From an uncultured Gemmatimonadales bacterium (GTDB lineage Bacteria; Gemmatimonadota; Gemmatimonadetes; Gemmatimonadales; GWC2-71-9): a DNA stretch of 11,275 bases. This document shows positions 7,655 through 11,275 of the stretch, in pieces. The position numbers and the translations under genes were made by a program. Below the pieces are notes generated by a model, which saw only the letters and a program-made list of their open reading frames with translations, was not told where the DNA came from and made no database searches. Numbering within the stretch: the stretch's first letter is position 1; each line of letters starts with the position of its first letter. The stretch spans positions 1 to 11,275 of the forward strand of contig CAVYSW010000008.1 of the NCBI GenBank assembly GCA_963771275.1, given 5' to 3'.

Positions 7655-8541
7655 ATGCGAAAGGGAATCATCCTGGCCGGTGGGTCCGGCACGCGTCTCT
7701 ACCCGATCACGCGGGCGGTGAGCAAGCAGATGCTCCCCGTGTACGACAAGCCGATGATTTATTTCCCGCTGACGACGCTGATGCTGGCCGGCATCCGGGA
7801 CCTGCTCCTCATCTCCACGCCGACCGACCTGCTGGGCTTCCAGCGCCTGCTCGGGGACGGCTCCGCGTGGGGACTGAGCCTGTCCTACGCGGAGCAGCCG
7901 TCGCCGGATGGGATCGCGCAAGCGTTTCTGATCGGGCGGGAGTTCGTCGGCGGCGCGCCCAGCTGTCTGGTCCTCGGTGACAATCTGTTCTATGGCAACG
8001 ACCTCACGGCGGCCCTGCGGCGCGCGGACGCGCGGGCCAGGGGCGCGACGGTGTTCGGCTACCACGTGCGCCGATCCCGCGCGCCTACGGCGTGATCGAG
8101 TTCGACGGCACGGGGCGCGCGGTCAGCATCGAGGAGAAACCCGAACGGCCGCGCTCGCACCACGCCGTGACGGGTCTCTACTTCTACGACGAGCGGGCGT
8201 GCGACTTCGCCGCCGCGCTGACCCCGTCGCCCCGGGGGGAGCTGGAGATCACCGACCTGAACCGTCGCTACCTCGAGGACGGCTCGCTGCACGTCGAGGT
8301 CCTGCGGCGCGGGACGGCGTGGCTCGATACCGGGACGCCGGAATCCCTGCTCCAGGCCGGCCAGTTCATCGAGACGATCGAGCAGCGCCAGGGGCTGCCG
8401 CATCGCCTGCCCGGAGGAGATCGCGTTTCGCATGGGCTTCATCGATGCGCGCGCAGCTCGAGGCGCTCGCCGCGCCGCTCGCGCGCACCGCGCTACGGCC
8501 GGTACCTGCTCGACGTGCTCGCCGAGAGTCGCGGCTCGTGA
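7655..8541 (+). CDS. rmlA: Glucose-1-phosphate thymidylyltransferase (frameshifted in this sequence)
   Basis: [59 protein letters not shown] and WLDTGT. Frame breaks occur near 8070-8085 and 8400-8490. Confidence 0.95.
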
Positions 8542-9091
8542 ACGTCCGCCGGACGGCGCTGGAGGGCGTCCTCGTGCTCGAGCCCCGCATCTTCGCGGAC
8601 GGCCGGGGCGCGTTTCTCGAGACGTGGCACGCCGAACGCTATGCCGAGGCCGGGATCTCCCGGTCCATTCGTGCAGGACAATCTCAGTCGATCGGTGCGC
8701 GGCACGTGCTCCGCGGGCTGCACTATCAGGTCGAGCAGCCGCAGGGGAAGCTGGTGTGGGCGGTCGCGCGGCGAGATCTTCGACGTGGCCGTGGACCTGC
8801 GGCGCTCGTCGCCGACCTTCGGCCGGTGGATCGGCGAACGGCTGTCGGGCGACAACGGCTGCCAGCTCTGGATCCCGCCCGGGTTCGCGCACGGCTTCCT
8901 CACCCTCTCGGAGCGCGCGCACGTGGCGTACAAGTGCACGGCGCCCTACGCCCCGGCACACGAGCGCACCCTGCGATGGGACGACCCCACGCTGAGCATC
9001 GCGTGGCCCCTGCCGGACGGGCGTCGCGCCGATCGTCTCCGAGAAGGACGCCGGGGGACTGACGCTGGCCGAGGCGCCCTGCTTCCCGTGA
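8538..9091 (+). CDS. rmlC: dTDP-4-dehydrorhamnose 3,5-epimerase (frameshifted in this sequence)
   Basis: GTG 8538 in a GTGA overlap. Motifs [59 protein letters not shown] and SEKD are spread across frames. Stop TGA at 9089-9091. Confidence 0.93.
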
Positions 9092-9963
9092 CGCGCGTGC
9101 TGGTCACCGGTGCGCTCGGCCAGCTCGGCAGCGAGCTGCGGCGCACGGTCCCGCCGGGCCACGAGATCGTGGCCCTCGACCTGCCGGACTTCGATCTGAC
9201 GCACGCGGCCGACGTCCGGCGCGTCGTCCACGATGCGGCGCCGCACGCGATCATCAACGCCGCCGCCTACACCGCCGTGGACCAGGCCGAAGACGAGCCG
9301 CGACCTGGCCCGCGCGGTGAACGTGGATGGCGCCGCCGCGATCGCCGCGCGCAGCCGTCGAGGCCGGCGCCCGACTGATCCACGTGTCCACCGACTACGT
9401 GTTCGACGGAACGGCCGGCCGCCCGTATCGCGCGGACGATCCGGTCTGCCCCACCAGCGTGTACGGCGAAACCAAGGCGGCGGGAGAGCGTGCGGTGCTG
9501 GAGGCCACGGGAGGCGATGCCGCGGTGGTGCGCACCGCCTGGTTGTACTCCGCGACCGGCAACAACTTCGTGAAGACCATGCTGCGCCTGCTGGGCAGCC
9601 GGGACCAGGTGGGCGTCGTGGCGGACCAGATCGGCTCGCCGACCTGGGCGCGCGGCCTCGCGGTGGCACTGTGGCGCCTGCTGGAGGCCCCCGACGCACG
9701 GGGCAGTCCACCACTGGACCGACGCGGGCGTCGCGAGCTGGTACGATCTGGCGGTGGCGGTGGCGGAGGAAGGACGGGCCCTGGGTCTGTTGAAGCAACC
9801 CGGAGCGGTGCGGCCCATCACGACCGCCGAGTACCCGACCCGCGCGCGCCGCCCCGCGTACAGCGTGCTGCAGCGGAGTCCCGTGTGGGAGGCACTCGGC
9901 GTCCCCGCGGCCCATTGGCGAACCCAGCTGCGCGGCATGCTCGGAGAGCTGGCACATGGCTAA
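9088..9963 (+). CDS. rmlD: dTDP-4-dehydrorhamnose reductase (frameshifted in this sequence)
   Basis: VLVTGALGQLG, INAAAYTAVDQAE, HVSTDYVFDG, YGETKAAGE, VVADQIGSPT and RPAYSVL. Stop TAA at 9961-9963. Confidence 0.93.
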
Positions 9964-11070
9964 CCTGCTCGTCACCGGCGGTGCCGGCTTCATCGGCGCA
10001 ATTTCGTGCACTACTGGCTGCGCGAGCACCCGGGCGACCGCGCTGGTGGTGCTCGACGCGCTGACCTACGCCGGGCAATCTCGCCAACCTCGCCGCGGCC
10101 GACGGGCATGCCAGGCTTCCACTTCGTCCACGGCGACATCGGCGACGGCGATCTGGTGGAGGCAGCTGCTCAAGCAGCACGCCATCGACACGATCGTGCA
10201 CTTCGCCGCCGAGTCGCCACGTCGATCGCTCGATCCACGGCCCCGGACGACTTCGTGCGCACCAACGTCGTCGGCACCGCCACGCTGCTGCGAGGCCCGC
10301 GCAGTGTGGCTCGAGCGGCGGCGGCTCCGCGAGGCCGGTCCGCTTCCACCACGTCTCGACCGACGAGGTGTACGGCTCGCTTGGGCCCCGACCGGCCGTT
10401 CACGGAAGACGACGCCCTACGCGCCCAACTCGCCGTACGCGGCGAGCAAGGCGGCGTCCGACCACCTGGTGCGCGCCTACCACCACACGTACGGGCTGCC
10501 CGGTCACCACCACCAACTGCTCCAACAACTACGGACCGTACCAGTTCCCGGAGAAGCTGATCCCGCTGATGATCGTGAACGCGCTGGAGGGCGCAGCCGC
10601 TGCCGGTCTACGGCGACGGCCAGAACGTGCGGGATTGGCTGTACGTGGAGGACCACTGCCGCGCGATCGATCGCGTCCTCGAGCGGGCCGAGTCGGCGAG
10701 ACCTACAACGTGGGCGGGCGCACCGAGCGGGCCAACCTCGACCTGGTCCGCGCCCTCTGCGCGCTGATCGACGCGGCAGTTCGCCACGGACCCACGGCTG
10801 CGCGAGCGGTTCCCGCGGCAGCCCGGCGGCCGCGGGCAAGCCCACCGCGTCCCTGATCACGTTCGTGAAGGACCGCCCCGGCCACGACCGGCGCTACGCC
10901 ATCGACGACGCCAAGCTCGCGCGCGGAGCTGGGGTTCTGCCCGCACCAGTCGCTCGACTCGGGCCTCGCGCTCACCGTGGCGTGGTATCTCGGATAACGA
11001 GCCCTGGTGGCGCTCGGTGATGGATGGCAGCTACAAGGACTGGATTCGCCACCATTACGGGGGTCCCTAA
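9956..11070 (+). CDS. rmlB: dTDP-glucose 4,6-dehydratase (heavily frameshifted in this sequence)
   Basis: [73 protein letters not shown] and [14 protein letters not shown]. It ends [15 protein letters not shown] at TAA 11068-11070. Confidence 0.93.
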
Positions 11071-11090
11071 CACGTCCTTCGGGACCCCCG
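11058..11090 (+). terminator. GC-rich stem-loop at the rmlB stop, a possible terminator or stability hairpin
   Basis: Perfect 10-bp inverted repeat CGGGGGTCCC (11058-11067) / GGGACCCCCG (11081-11090) with a 13-nt loop. There is no U-tract. Confidence 0.4.
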
Positions 11091-11275
11091 CTGGCGACTT
11101 GTGCAGGGTGTCCCCGTCTCATCGGGCAGAGCACGGCCGAGTGGCCGCTCTCAGCGGCCTCCTATGTCAGCGCGACACCGATCGCCGATGCCGCTGGGGC
11201 CGCCGTTTCGGATGTTAGGATGCCGCTCAAGCAGCCACTCGGCGCTCGCTGTCGCTCGAAGGCGACCCCGGTGCC

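Noticed and set aside
8059..10029. 656-aa minus-strand ORF, and similar long ORFs at 2060-3487 and 412-1683
   Set aside because: These are antisense shadows of well-supported genes in high-GC DNA. They are Arg/Pro-rich with no recognisable motifs.
7429..11263. 12-bp direct repeat TCGCTCGAAGGC at 7429-7440 and 11252-11263 flanking the rml operon
   Set aside because: It is short and GC-rich with no integrase or transposase nearby, so chance is a sufficient explanation.
1..11275. CRISPR array, tRNA/rRNA or mobile element
   Set aside because: No spaced repeats, RNA gene signatures, or transposase/integrase motifs were seen.

Overview
GC-rich bacterial DNA, Gemmatimonadota-like by protein style (inference only). 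Left part: the tail of a WG-repeat beta-propeller protein and a lipoprotein leishmanolysin-like (M8) zinc metallopeptidase. Centre (2207-7344): a compact, translationally coupled RiPP-like cluster. It encodes a 60-aa precursor with a lasso-type leader and a Gly-rich core, a radical SAM enzyme with a C-terminal Cys cluster, a TolB-like lipoprotein, a stand-alone PqqD/RRE, a lasso B2-type cysteine protease, an HPr-kinase-like kinase and a convergent nucleotidyltransferase. No lasso cyclase is present, and the core has no ring-forming Asp/Glu. Right part: a dTDP-L-rhamnose operon in the order rmlA-rmlC-rmlD-rmlB. Single-base frameshifts appear from about 4085 and become dense after about 8070, most likely from sequencing or assembly error. 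All family calls come from motif recognition by eye; no database searches were run.
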